A stretch of 64,000 nt of DNA. Origin: a virus. Shown piece by piece: positions 45,447 to 53,981 of the stretch. The translations under genes were made by a program, and so were the position numbers. A model generated the notes under the pieces. That model was given only the letters and a program-made list of their open reading frames with translations. It had not been told where the DNA came from and made no database searches. Position 1 is the first letter of the stretch. Every line of letters begins with the position of its first letter. The DNA lies in the IMG/VR virus record IMGVR_UViG_3300017963_000206, one strand, 5' to 3'.

Positions 45447-45779
45447 CTAATCCGGATTTTCAAGCTGAATCTTCGGCACTTTCATAATAAGTGGTATTTC
45501 TCTGCATTGTCGAAAGTCTGGTTTGGTCCGACCATGCCACGGGATAAAACACTTCTGCTCCGCTACACATCTATCCCTTCGCCATTTATCGCAAAGAAAT
45601 TCGAGAGAATCATTCTTCTCCCGTTGGAGTTCTTTAAATGTGAGGCAAGTCCAGACCGTGAATTCGACTTTATCCGATGAGGATTCCGGGGATTTCTTTT
45701 GCTTTTTCGATACCTTCTTCCCGGAGTTCTTCTCTGGTTCTTTTCCATCTGGCTTCGGCGTATTCAAGGTATTGTTCAT
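45447..45779 (-). CDS. Hypothetical Cys-containing protein (start uncertain)
   Basis: Fills the gap after thyA; overlaps thyA by 110 nt. Confidence 0.4.
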   Translation of the reverse strand: MNNTLNTPKPDGKEPEKNSGKKVSKKQKKSPESSSDKVEFTVWTCLTFKELQREKNDSLEFLCDKWRRDRCVAEQKCFIPWHGRTKPDFRQCREIPLIMKVPKIQLENPD

Positions 45780-46449
45780 AAATGTGAAGTCCTTTACTCA
45801 CAGCTATGATTTCCCCGTTCTCCAAATTCGGTAGCAAGCTGCCGGGGTAATCTCGAATCATTCCGACCATCATTTGTTTTAGAAGTTCAAGACCACCTAA
45901 GTTCGCCGGGAATCCAGCATACAAATCCCATGAGCGGAAGTAAACGATAAAATGTAATTTTCCATAACGAACCCGACAATCAATTAAACGTAAACATGGA
46001 GGGTCAACCTTTACGATATCTTCAGGCTTGCCAATTTCAATCGTACCCTGATTATTACCCTCTCCATAAAGAGCGAATTTTTTAACGACTTCTTCGACCT
46101 GATTGAATTCAAGAATCCTCTGCCCGTATCGGTAATCTTCCTTCTCGGTTTTGTAGTCCATATAAAGAAATTCCGGGAAGTAAGTATCACGGACGTATTC
46201 AATAGAGGTCGGGGGTTCAAGTCCGGAGCCTTCGGGCATAATTGGAACTAGGTTCGAGTACGCCGGAGGAGGACCGCATGGTTTTTTAATTCTCGCGGTA
46301 AACATATCGAACTCATAGCGGTCTTGACCTTCGTAAGAACCTTTATCAACTTTATAACGATAGCCGAACATTAAAGCCAAACGAACTGTCTGATGCCAAG
46401 CATCATCGAGATTTTCTGCGGTCAAATGAACAGGAAATAATCCTTCCAC
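45670..46449 (-). CDS. thyA: Thymidylate synthase (short, archaeal-like ThyA)
   Basis: YGQR, DPPCL, FRSWDLYAGFPAN (Asn at the dUMP-specificity position) and GLHIYE. Confidence 0.8.
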   Translation of the reverse strand: MEGLFPVHLTAENLDDAWHQTVRLALMFGYRYKVDKGSYEGQDRYEFDMFTARIKKPCGPPPAYSNLVPIMPEGSGLEPPTSIEYVRDTYFPEFLYMDYKTEKEDYRYGQRILEFNQVEEVVKKFALYGEGNNQGTIEIGKPEDIVKVDPPCLRLIDCRVRYGKLHFIVYFRSWDLYAGFPANLGGLELLKQMMVGMIRDYPGSLLPNLENGEIIAVSKGLHIYEQYLEYAEARWKRTREELREEGIEKAKEIPGILIG

Positions 46450-46460
46450 AAGTAGCCCTC

Positions 46461-47123
46461 CTACTTAACTGATTTCCACGAGTAACCACGGACAATAGAA
46501 TAGACCGTGTTAGATTTGAGTCCGTATTCTTCTGCCAAAGCTTCACATTCCGCTCTATCATTTCCGGAATCTTTGTAACGCTTCCGCATATACCGAACAT
46601 CTTTAGCGGTGAGGTCAGTCTTCCAATGCTTCGCGCCTTTCTGTCTCGATTTTTCTGAGAAGTCCGAATGCGTTCCGAGCTTAAGATGTTTCGGATTACA
46701 GCAGAGAGTATTACGGCATGTGTGTATGAGAATTTTATTCTTAGGAACTTTTTTCCCTGTCGCAAGTTGATATGCAAAACGATGGGCGAGAATTCTTTGC
46801 TTGCCAATTTTAAAAATACCGTAACGATGGGTGACATCTTTGGAACCGTTTGTACCTCCGGTCCAAAGAAGACACTTACCCTTTTTCTTAAGTTTTTCTT
46901 TAAATCGAGTTTTGAGGTCTTTTAAAACTCTCGCATTCCCGCGATTGGAGCAAGTCGTACTGCAAAACTTTCTCGCTCCTGCACGACCAGCATAGCGGGA
47001 CGGGACTTCAAAAGTATTACGGCATTTCGGGTTCGCGCACTTCTTCTTAATCGCCTTACCCTTTTTTCTTCCGTACTTTTTTCCTTTTTTTCTTTTGTAC
47101 TTTCCTCTTCCGTTTTTTCCCAC
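46461..47123 (-). CDS. HNH endonuclease with Zn-finger and HTH
   Basis: CLLWTG...YG.F....LAHRFAY...IHTCRNTLCCNPKHL; C-terminal AEEYGL. Confidence 0.85.
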   Translation of the reverse strand: MGKNGRGKYKRKKGKKYGRKKGKAIKKKCANPKCRNTFEVPSRYAGRAGARKFCSTTCSNRGNARVLKDLKTRFKEKLKKKGKCLLWTGGTNGSKDVTHRYGIFKIGKQRILAHRFAYQLATGKKVPKNKILIHTCRNTLCCNPKHLKLGTHSDFSEKSRQKGAKHWKTDLTAKDVRYMRKRYKDSGNDRAECEALAEEYGLKSNTVYSIVRGYSWKSVK

Positions 47124-47697
47124 CGGAAGCTCCTTTGTTCTTCAGAATATACTTAAGCTTTTTCTTGGCCTCATAATAATCGAGACCGCGAACATTCAGG
47201 ACAGGCACGTTGTAAAGTATTGCGATATCCACGGCGTACATCGTGCCGCCTGTATCCTCATGGTAGCAGATAACGACTTCAGATGGATGGAATTCCGGTC
47301 CATGACCCAACACCTGACAGACGTTTCTATATAATAATTTCTGTATCCCTTGAGACATATCATCGTAACTGGAACCGCGTTCCTCACAGACCCATTTAAT
47401 CACGTTCAAATAGTCTTTCGGGAGCCTGAGAAGTGGAGGCACGACCCACAATCCAACGACTCTCGCGCCGGGGTCTTCCTTGTATGGTTTCTGACCGAAC
47501 CCCTTCCACGGCAGATAAATCACCGCCGAACCGTCTGCACCCTCCTCACATGCCCTGTCAGCCCCATACGCATGTCCAGAACGCAATTTAAATCCTTTTT
47601 TGACCAAATACGCGCTTAAACGGTGAAGGACTCTGAGAGCCTCCTGTGGCGTTTCTCGGCTACCTATCCCGGTGAAGAATTTTTCAGCTTTTTCCAC
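47056..47697 (-). CDS. SLOG-superfamily (DprA/YspA-like) nucleotide-binding protein
   Basis: FTGIGSRETP, LRSGHAYGAD, RNVCQVLG and GGT motifs. Confidence 0.75.
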   Translation of the reverse strand: MEKAEKFFTGIGSRETPQEALRVLHRLSAYLVKKGFKLRSGHAYGADRACEEGADGSAVIYLPWKGFGQKPYKEDPGARVVGLWVVPPLLRLPKDYLNVIKWVCEERGSSYDDMSQGIQKLLYRNVCQVLGHGPEFHPSEVVICYHEDTGGTMYAVDIAILYNVPVLNVRGLDYYEAKKKLKYILKNKGASGGKKRKRKVQKKKRKKVRKKKG

Positions 47698-47947
47698 GTT
47701 TATCCCGCCACTTTTTAAGCCATCTCTCTGTCAGCTTTTCTTTGTAATACCGTGTACGCATATCCCAAAGAAAATCCCGCCGACTACAATTAGGACACCG
47801 CACATAACTCCGGTCTGCCCGATGCTCGAATCGCGCTCCACAGGAGCATCGGATTTCGACCATATTTACTCTGCTAGTCCAACGAGCTTTACCCGTTATC
47901 CTCATCTTCAGCGAAGAAAGGCTCATCCGTGACTCCACCATCCACAT
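47684..47947 (-). CDS. Small Zn-ribbon protein
   Basis: RCSCG...RCPNC. Confidence 0.55.
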   Translation of the reverse strand: MWMVESRMSLSSLKMRITGKARWTSRVNMVEIRCSCGARFEHRADRSYVRCPNCSRRDFLWDMRTRYYKEKLTERWLKKWRDKRGKS

Positions 47948-48311
47948 TTGCCATAAGGCCGTTTATAATTTTCACAATAATATCATGGTGAAGATATTTT
48001 CCCCAATCATGGAGAATCGTAAAATCAAAAATAGTCCGGTCCCCGATACCGAATACATCCGGTGCATCTTTTCCGTAAATGGGAAGACCAACTATCGTAA
48101 CTATATAATCAGGGAGCCAACACCCTTCATCCGGGTCGTAGCTTTGAAAAACTACTATATCGCCGGGAACAATTTTAAGTTCTCGCGGTCTATGGTCGAA
48201 TCTTTTTTTCCCGCTCTCCATCAAGGCCAAAAAATCAGGCCACGTCTTCAGGAATATAACTTGAGAAGGGATACACTTTTCCGCACTATCTGGAATCTTA
48301 AGTTCCGACAT
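47889..48311 (-). CDS. ASCH/DUF3850-like protein
   Basis: LKTWPDF...ESGKKRFD.R.....PGDIVVFQSYDP. Confidence 0.7.
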   Translation of the reverse strand: MSELKIPDSAEKCIPSQVIFLKTWPDFLALMESGKKRFDHRPRELKIVPGDIVVFQSYDPDEGCWLPDYIVTIVGLPIYGKDAPDVFGIGDRTIFDFTILHDWGKYLHHDIIVKIINGLMANVDGGVTDEPFFAEDEDNG

Positions 48312-49170
48312 TTTTCATTCTCCGCTTTATAATTTTAAACGCTTCCTTACTTTCATCCACCAGCATCACGCGCCTTTTATTTTCGAGACAAGCTTCCCCG
48401 GTAGTCCCACTCCCTGCAAAGAAGTCTAGGCAAACATCTCCGGGATTTGAATGCACGAGTATAAGCCTCCGAAGAATTCCGAGAGGTTTCTGCGTTGCAT
48501 AGCCCGTCTTTTCTTTTCCGTTTGTAGGTACGATAGTATGCCACCAAACATCCGTGGGTGTCTTCCCTTGCTTCGCTTTTTTAGGTCCAACGAGATTCGG
48601 AGCCATGTAAGGTATTCTATCTATCGCATCGAAGTTGAATGTGTATTTGGTATGCGTCTTTGCGTACCAGAGAATCGTGTCATGTTTTCTAGGCCACTTA
48701 TTTTTAGGACGACCACCGAAATCATACGCCCAAATTATTTCGTTGATAAAATTTTTCCTGCCGAAGATTCCATCCAACCAGACCTTTGCGTAATGAACTT
48801 CGTTCCAATCGAGATGCAGGAAAAGCGAACCCGTCTTTTTAAGGATTCGATAAGCTTGTGCGAGATGTTCGATTAAGAAATCATGGTAATTATCGAAAGA
48901 ATCTTTAAATCCGAAACTCTCAAGAAATTCGGTTTTATATCTTTTCCCGCCGAATCCCGTGCGGTCTCCATCTTCGTCTGCATCCGTTTTTATACGAAGA
49001 CGTTCCTGAAATTTTCCGGTATTGAAAGGCGGGTCAATATAGATGAGGTCAACGGATTCATCCGGAATAAGCTTGAGAACTTTTAAAGCGGGTGAGAGGA
49101 AGAGAGCTTTCTTTCTCTTTCCTCTCAACACCGCTCTGATTTTTTTCTTACGTTTAAGTGTTTTGCTCAT
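48298..49170 (-). CDS. DNA N4-cytosine/N6-adenine methyltransferase (beta class)
   Basis: IYIDPPF precedes DFFAGSGTT; TQKP. Confidence 0.9.
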   Translation of the reverse strand: MSKTLKRKKKIRAVLRGKRKKALFLSPALKVLKLIPDESVDLIYIDPPFNTGKFQERLRIKTDADEDGDRTGFGGKRYKTEFLESFGFKDSFDNYHDFLIEHLAQAYRILKKTGSLFLHLDWNEVHYAKVWLDGIFGRKNFINEIIWAYDFGGRPKNKWPRKHDTILWYAKTHTKYTFNFDAIDRIPYMAPNLVGPKKAKQGKTPTDVWWHTIVPTNGKEKTGYATQKPLGILRRLILVHSNPGDVCLDFFAGSGTTGEACLENKRRVMLVDESKEAFKIIKRRMKNVGT

Positions 49171-49598
49171 TAGTACATTTTCACTTCGGCATGACCTTCT
49201 TCGACCAGAAAGCTTCCCAAGTCAACCCAACGGTCTTCCATCCGGAAAACAACTGCGGCAAGCCAACGTCCGTACTTCCCGCGAGAACCCCCGCGCCTTG
49301 AAAAAATCCGGACCTCTTTACCGCCGATGAGTTCTTCAACACGGTCTTTGGCTTTGAATCCGAGAACCTTTTCCTCCCCGCGAATTTCCGGCGTATCAAT
49401 ACCGACATTAAGTTTGTCTTCGCGGTTGAATGTATCGCCGTGAAGCAAACGTATCCGCGCATGAATGTGAACATCGAAACCCAAATCAACCATCAGGTCG
49501 AAGGTATCCCCGTCAACAATATGCACAACGGAGGCTTGCCGCCACGGAGTTTCAAAAGGTTTGGTTAATTCTTCAGGAAAAGTTATCACGCTATTCAT
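49170..49598 (-). CDS. Thermonuclease (SNase-like)
   Basis: VDGDTF, RL...IDTPE, GKYGRWLA and LVEEGHA; ATG 49598 overlaps the upstream stop. Confidence 0.85.
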   Translation of the reverse strand: MNSVITFPEELTKPFETPWRQASVVHIVDGDTFDLMVDLGFDVHIHARIRLLHGDTFNREDKLNVGIDTPEIRGEEKVLGFKAKDRVEELIGGKEVRIFSRRGGSRGKYGRWLAAVVFRMEDRWVDLGSFLVEEGHAEVKMY

Positions 49599-50163
49599 CC
49601 CCTCCCCCTTCGAGAATTTCTCGCTCTTTATCAAGGTCTCGATTGAGCGCGTGTTCGGTTGTAAATTTGTCCGGGTATCTCGCCGCGAGTTTATCATGAT
49701 TACGAGTAAGACACTCTGTAAAATCAATATCAGAAATATCCCGGAGAACGTCAGCAAAAATCGCATGATACCACATCCCGTCTCCCTGCTCCTCAGAAAG
49801 ATTCACAGGGTCGATTTTTTCGCCGTTGAAAATTACCGCTTTGAGATGCTCCGCAATTTCTCCCGCTTCGGTGAACATGCCGAACATCCCGTGAAGCAAT
49901 CTCAACATATAAGGTTGGGTCGCACGGTCCAAAGTATCCAAATCAAAATTTCGGACACCGTGAATTACCGCGCTTGCATCCTTCCCGTAGAACGCATGTT
50001 TCTTCAGAGCATCAACCCTGTTTGCGAACACGACTATTTGGGAAAGAAGCTCTGCGAAAAGTGTGAAAGTTTTAGGGTCAGCGAGTCTCGCGCCGATAGC
50101 TTGGAAGTCCCTGCTCTCAGTGTTGACCGCTCCCTCTACATATTTCTCAAGGAACTGACTCAT
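49591..50163 (-). CDS. MazG-like nucleotide pyrophosphohydrolase
   Basis: TEAGEIAEHLK...EEQGD.MWY...NHDKLAARYP. Confidence 0.8.
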   Translation of the reverse strand: MSQFLEKYVEGAVNTESRDFQAIGARLADPKTFTLFAELLSQIVVFANRVDALKKHAFYGKDASAVIHGVRNFDLDTLDRATQPYMLRLLHGMFGMFTEAGEIAEHLKAVIFNGEKIDPVNLSEEQGDGMWYHAIFADVLRDISDIDFTECLTRNHDKLAARYPDKFTTEHALNRDLDKEREILEGGGDE

Positions 50164-50166
50164 GGT

Positions 50167-50418
50167 TTACTCCTCTGGTTCCACGATTACAAATTCATCG
50201 TTGGCCTTTGCGTACTGTAAATTTAGTTTCTTCGCAATAAAACCATCGACACGCAAATTAGTCTCGGAGTTATCCTCTTGAATCAGCACCAGCGTTTGAG
50301 AATGGTCCTCATGGATTTCAGCTATCCGGACTCGATGCACGGGCTTTAAATCCCGGAGTGTCTTTCGGAAAATTCCTTGCTCTAACTTTTTGAAGGCTTG
50401 CTTGTCAATTACTGTCAT
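50167..50418 (-). CDS. Hypothetical protein
   Basis: 83-aa ORF in a tightly packed operon. Confidence 0.6.
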   Translation of the reverse strand: MTVIDKQAFKKLEQGIFRKTLRDLKPVHRVRIAEIHEDHSQTLVLIQEDNSETNLRVDGFIAKKLNLQYAKANDEFVIVEPEE

Positions 50419-50662
50419 ACCAACCTTCTTCCTCTGAGATTTGGTCGATGATTTTTGATGCTTCCCGTTTAGTGAGCTTTTGGATTTCCAATGCGCTCAT
50501 ATTAGATTTACGTTTAAGTAAATCCTCCTGCTTATCGGTAAGAGGCACATCGGTTGACCTCTTGCCGCATTCAGGACAGATAGGGTCAACATGCTCCGCT
50601 TCCGGGAACCCTTTCCCGCAATCGAATGTGTGACCGCAGTATTCGCACGTTCTCTCGACCAC
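50405..50662 (-). CDS. Zn-ribbon protein
   Basis: CEYC...CPEC, then T.KQ..LL...LTK.EAS.IID. Confidence 0.65.
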   Translation of the reverse strand: MVERTCEYCGHTFDCGKGFPEAEHVDPICPECGKRSTDVPLTDKQEDLLKRKSNMSALEIQKLTKREASKIIDQISEEEGWYDSN

Positions 50663-50663
50663 G

Positions 50664-51104
50664 CTACACTCCGAGTTTTTCTTTTAGATTTTCCAGATAG
50701 AGGGTGAAAAGTTCAGGCTCGAATCTTCCCACTGAGTCGATGAGATATTGTATCCACTGGTCATAGGTCTTCGCGGTCTTTGTGAAGAGTTCTTCCTTTG
50801 CGGTCTGAAGACTTACCAGAACTTTTTTCACGTCTTCGGGAATTCCCGGCTGTTCCGGGTCTTCGCCTTGCAACATGAAACCTTCGAGCTTGGGGTAATG
50901 CGAGACTACTGCATGAAGAAGGTCGTAGGGTTCGTCACCGATAAGACCTTTGATTTGTCCCTCCATGACTTCATAAAAGCCGGAAAGAATTTTCTTCGTG
51001 GTCTCGCGCATGTACTCGCTGCCCTGTCCGATTTTCGCTACGAGTGTGAATTCCATTGTTATTTTCCTCCAAATTGTTCCAGTGTAATAAACACCCATCC
51101 GCAT
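50664..51104 (-). CDS. Hypothetical protein
   Basis: ORF in operon; likely start MEFTL after RBS GGAGG. Confidence 0.6.
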   Translation of the reverse strand: MRMGVYYTGTIWRKITMEFTLVAKIGQGSEYMRETTKKILSGFYEVMEGQIKGLIGDEPYDLLHAVVSHYPKLEGFMLQGEDPEQPGIPEDVKKVLVSLQTAKEELFTKTAKTYDQWIQYLIDSVGRFEPELFTLYLENLKEKLGV

Positions 51105-51277
51105 AGATAAAAGAAGATGGCGATACCGACAAATATTTTCGCGTATCGCGTACCTTTGAAAAAATCATCCCGGTCATGGGAACCGTCACCTTTTATGTAA
51201 CAGAATAATCCGAGTAGCGTGAAAAGAAAACCCACCACTTTAATGCTCTCTATAATCCAAAACATTTTATCTGTCAC
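51059..51277 (-). CDS. Small two-TM membrane protein
   Basis: Two hydrophobic segments. Confidence 0.6.
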   Translation of the reverse strand: MTDKMFWIIESIKVVGFLFTLLGLFCYIKGDGSHDRDDFFKGTRYAKIFVGIAIFFYLCGWVFITLEQFGGK

Positions 51278-51557
51278 TGACTCGTACCCCTATATCTTTC
51301 TCCTCTTCATCGAGAGGGGGGTCAAGGGTCTTATCGTCCTGATGCCAACGATAAAGACCCTTGAGGGCTTGTAAAAAGAAAACAAAAAATAGTGCGCTCT
51401 GCGCGTATATACCCATATAAAAATCTACGGCGCACCACGAAGCATTAGTAAAAGTCCAAATAACAAAACAAAACTTATTCTTCTTTATATTCAACTCAAC
51501 GCCAATAAAAGCGAAAAATGCAACAATCCATGAAAATATATGAAACCAGAGCGGCAC
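51267..51557 (-). CDS. Half-size PnuC-like (3-TM) membrane protein
   Basis: IGVELNIKKNKFCFVIW..TN..W.......GIYAQSALF......GLYRW pattern; GTG at 51557. Confidence 0.6.
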   Translation of the reverse strand: MPLWFHIFSWIVAFFAFIGVELNIKKNKFCFVIWTFTNASWCAVDFYMGIYAQSALFFVFFLQALKGLYRWHQDDKTLDPPLDEEEKDIGVRVSDR

Positions 51558-51558
51558 G

Positions 51559-51972
51559 TTATCTCCCTTCGGGCATCGGCGGCAATTCTCTCCGTACAAT
51601 AAACGGTGAGGCTTTGTCGTCCTCTTCCTCCCAAAAACCGAGTACCACACTCATTCTCTCAGATTCATTCGCGGTCTTCAAAATCTTCAACACTTCTATC
51701 ACCCATATCGTAGCCGCTTGCGTAGATGTCCCTGCCTGTTCACACGAATCCGCGAGAAAATCGTTAAGCAGATACATCTGATATGGAGAAAGCGGATATC
51801 CGGAATAAGCACCCCGCTTCCAGTGGTCAAAAACTTTCGGGTCGCTTCTGACTTGCTGTTCGATTACCGCTCGGTCAAATTTCAAATCCGCAATGAAACT
51901 GAAAATCTCATTCAGTGTCGTTGGGTACTCCGGGCAATCGACCCCTTGTTCCTGTTTTTCCTGACCCATCAC
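51559..51972 (-). CDS. Hypothetical protein
   Basis: 137-aa ORF in operon. Confidence 0.55.
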   Translation of the reverse strand: MMGQEKQEQGVDCPEYPTTLNEIFSFIADLKFDRAVIEQQVRSDPKVFDHWKRGAYSGYPLSPYQMYLLNDFLADSCEQAGTSTQAATIWVIEVLKILKTANESERMSVVLGFWEEEDDKASPFIVRRELPPMPEGR

Positions 51973-52438
51973 TAATCTCCTTTATGCACTCCGGGCAGAG
52001 GATTCCTAATCCTTCAGGCATACATTCGTAGCATCCGATTCTCTCACATCGGGGGCAAGAAAATCTGAATCCCTGTGTGCTTTGGCAATGCTCACATGGT
52101 TTCGATTGACACATGAAGCATTGCTCTAGGTCCGTCAATGTAGAAAAGATTTGAACTCCTGCAATCGCAAGGTCGAAGGAGATTGCATCCGCATGAGTCT
52201 TATCGTATTGCCTCATCGGAGGTATCCGTTTTTTAATTCGTTCAAAACATTTTTCGCATAACGAAATCTGTTCCGGATACCGCTCCTGAAAACCCTGCAA
52301 TTCTTTCCGGAGTTCAGCGACCTCATTGACGGTCATTGGTTTTTCTGGTTCAAAGAACTTCTCTAGTTTACGGGCGAGTTCATTAAGTTCGCCGTTACCT
52401 AGTTGCTCCATCCCAACTCCCCCTCTTTCTTTTCCCAC
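51908..52438 (-). CDS. Cys-rich Zn-binding protein
   Basis: Multiple CxxC pairs in the C-terminal half. Confidence 0.6.
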   Translation of the reverse strand: MGKERGGVGMEQLGNGELNELARKLEKFFEPEKPMTVNEVAELRKELQGFQERYPEQISLCEKCFERIKKRIPPMRQYDKTHADAISFDLAIAGVQIFSTLTDLEQCFMCQSKPCEHCQSTQGFRFSCPRCERIGCYECMPEGLGILCPECIKEISDGSGKTGTRGRLPGVPNDTE

Positions 52439-52815
52439 GGGGAGAAGGCGAGAACCTCATCAATGGTCTTCGCCCAATCCCCATTAAACCGAATACCTCT
52501 GTCGTCAATATAGACATCAGCAATCAGCTTGTCGGAAGTACCGGGGGGTTGGTCCGGATTTTCGTTAATGTAATCGAAGGGGATATTATGTTTTTTTAGA
52601 TAAGCAGATGTGCGCTTGTTATCGCCGCGAGTCGTGAAGATTATAATACGCCATCCGTTATCCTTCAGGCGTTGAAGAGCTTCCTGTACTCCCGGTATCG
52701 GTTCCCCGTAGTGTTCTTCACTCTGCCATCCATCTTTGTAACTCGCAATGGTCCCGTCAAGGTCCACGCAAGCGGTTGGTGTATGTTCGTTGTCAAGGTA
52801 TCCGTTCTTTCCCAT
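52399..52815 (-). CDS. HAD-family phosphatase (PNK/phosphatase-like)
   Basis: VDLDGT, IFTTR and YIDDR motifs. Confidence 0.85.
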   Translation of the reverse strand: MGKNGYLDNEHTPTACVDLDGTIASYKDGWQSEEHYGEPIPGVQEALQRLKDNGWRIIIFTTRGDNKRTSAYLKKHNIPFDYINENPDQPPGTSDKLIADVYIDDRGIRFNGDWAKTIDEVLAFSPWEKKEGELGWSN

Positions 52816-52832
52816 AATCCCCTCCGATTATT

Positions 52833-52862
52833 ATAAAGTACACGTTACTTTATTATAACCGG
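52833..52862 (-). promoter_or_regulatory. -10 element CCGGTTATAAT with adjacent palindromic operator-like site
   Basis: ATAAAGTA-CACGT-TACTTTAT inverted repeat overlapping the probable start site. Confidence 0.45.
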
Positions 52863-52917
52863 AATGAAACGGAATTTGACTAAAATAATTGTCCCAAACT
52901 ATCAATTTTTTTCCGGG

Positions 52918-53580
52918 TCACTTTTTTAGCGAATCTCTTTCTTCCCGGAGTTCTTTATTAAGCCTACGAAGTCCACGGTTCTCTGCCTGTAAGAGTTCGA
53001 TGTCTTCGTCCTTGTCCTTTATGATGCCTTCCAGTTTTTCGATTTTCGTGAGAAGAGATGAGAGATAACCTTCGTCTTCCTCATCATCATCGTCCTCTTC
53101 ATCCTCACATTCATTTGAGGATAAAACCATCTCCCCTTCCCTGTCACGGAGAATGAAAATTTCATCTTCTCCCTCTACCGCGATTGTGAAAAAGTGGCCT
53201 AGCTTTCCTTTCTCTGAAAGCATCGGGCAATCGCGGGGGTCGTTAAAATCTTCGTAATCTTCTTCGGTGAAATCATCGAGTTCGGCATGGTCGTCAATAG
53301 AGAGAACATCAAACTCTTCTTCCCCGGCAACCACTTCTTCCGTCCGGTAGAGAATCGTAAGTTTGGTATCCTCTCCGAATTTTTGTAGTGCGCGTTTCAA
53401 AATACTGTCGGGGTTAGAATCCTTTTCCAGCACTATTTCTTTCGCAAGGTCTTCCATGTAAACCCCGCTACGCACAACCATCACTTTCATCAGGACTTCG
53501 TTTTCGTCTGCATCCATAATGGAAATCATTCCAGAGAATGTTGACATCAATCCTCCTCTCCGAGTACATCTTTCACCCAC
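52918..53580 (-). CDS. Acidic protein with C-terminal coiled coil
   Basis: Very D/E-rich; heptads at the C-terminus. Confidence 0.65.
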   Translation of the reverse strand: MGERCTRRGGLMSTFSGMISIMDADENEVLMKVMVVRSGVYMEDLAKEIVLEKDSNPDSILKRALQKFGEDTKLTILYRTEEVVAGEEEFDVLSIDDHAELDDFTEEDYEDFNDPRDCPMLSEKGKLGHFFTIAVEGEDEIFILRDREGEMVLSSNECEDEEDDDDEEDEGYLSSLLTKIEKLEGIIKDKDEDIELLQAENRGLRRLNKELREERDSLKK

Positions 53581-53981
53581 TTAAGAACTCTGCGTAGAGC
53601 CTTCTTCCGGTTATCACCAGCGTAGATGATTTTAAAAGTTATAAGGCATAAATCCGGAATCTTCTCCCCGGTTTCGACATTCACAAGTGCGCTGACCATT
53701 TTATGTATCGCGCTAATAGCTTTGTGTTGCGTACCTTTCTTTATTTTTTGTTCAAAAAGTTTTGCGTTACTTTTGGAAAGGTATATCTCAACGATATGAT
53801 TTGCCTTTGCCAAAACACGGTTCACATAACTATCTTCAATAAGCTGGTCATGGACGAGTGCCGCCATCCCGTCTCTGAAATTGAAGTCTTTAAGAACCTT
53901 CCTCAATTCTTTCGGGGAGTGTTTCTTCGCCCATGTTTCCAGTTGGCCTTTACGCCTGTCCGTCAGATACCGAACTTTCAT
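53547..53981 (-). CDS. Hypothetical protein
   Basis: 144-aa ORF overlapping both neighbours. Confidence 0.6.
   Translation of the reverse strand: MKVRYLTDRRKGQLETWAKKHSPKELRKVLKDFNFRDGMAALVHDQLIEDSYVNRVLAKANHIVEIYLSKSNAKLFEQKIKKGTQHKAISAIHKMVSALVNVETGEKIPDLCLITFKIIYAGDNRKKALRRVLKWVKDVLGEED

Noticed and set aside
46205-46235. GGTTCAAGTCC resembling a tRNA T-loop
   Set aside because: It lies antisense inside thyA with no acceptor, D or anticodon arms; no tRNA found in the window.
45670-46449. ThyA-like gene as a dCMP hydroxymethylase for hypermodified DNA
   Set aside because: Asn rather than Asp at the specificity position, and no glycosyl- or amino-transferase partners seen.
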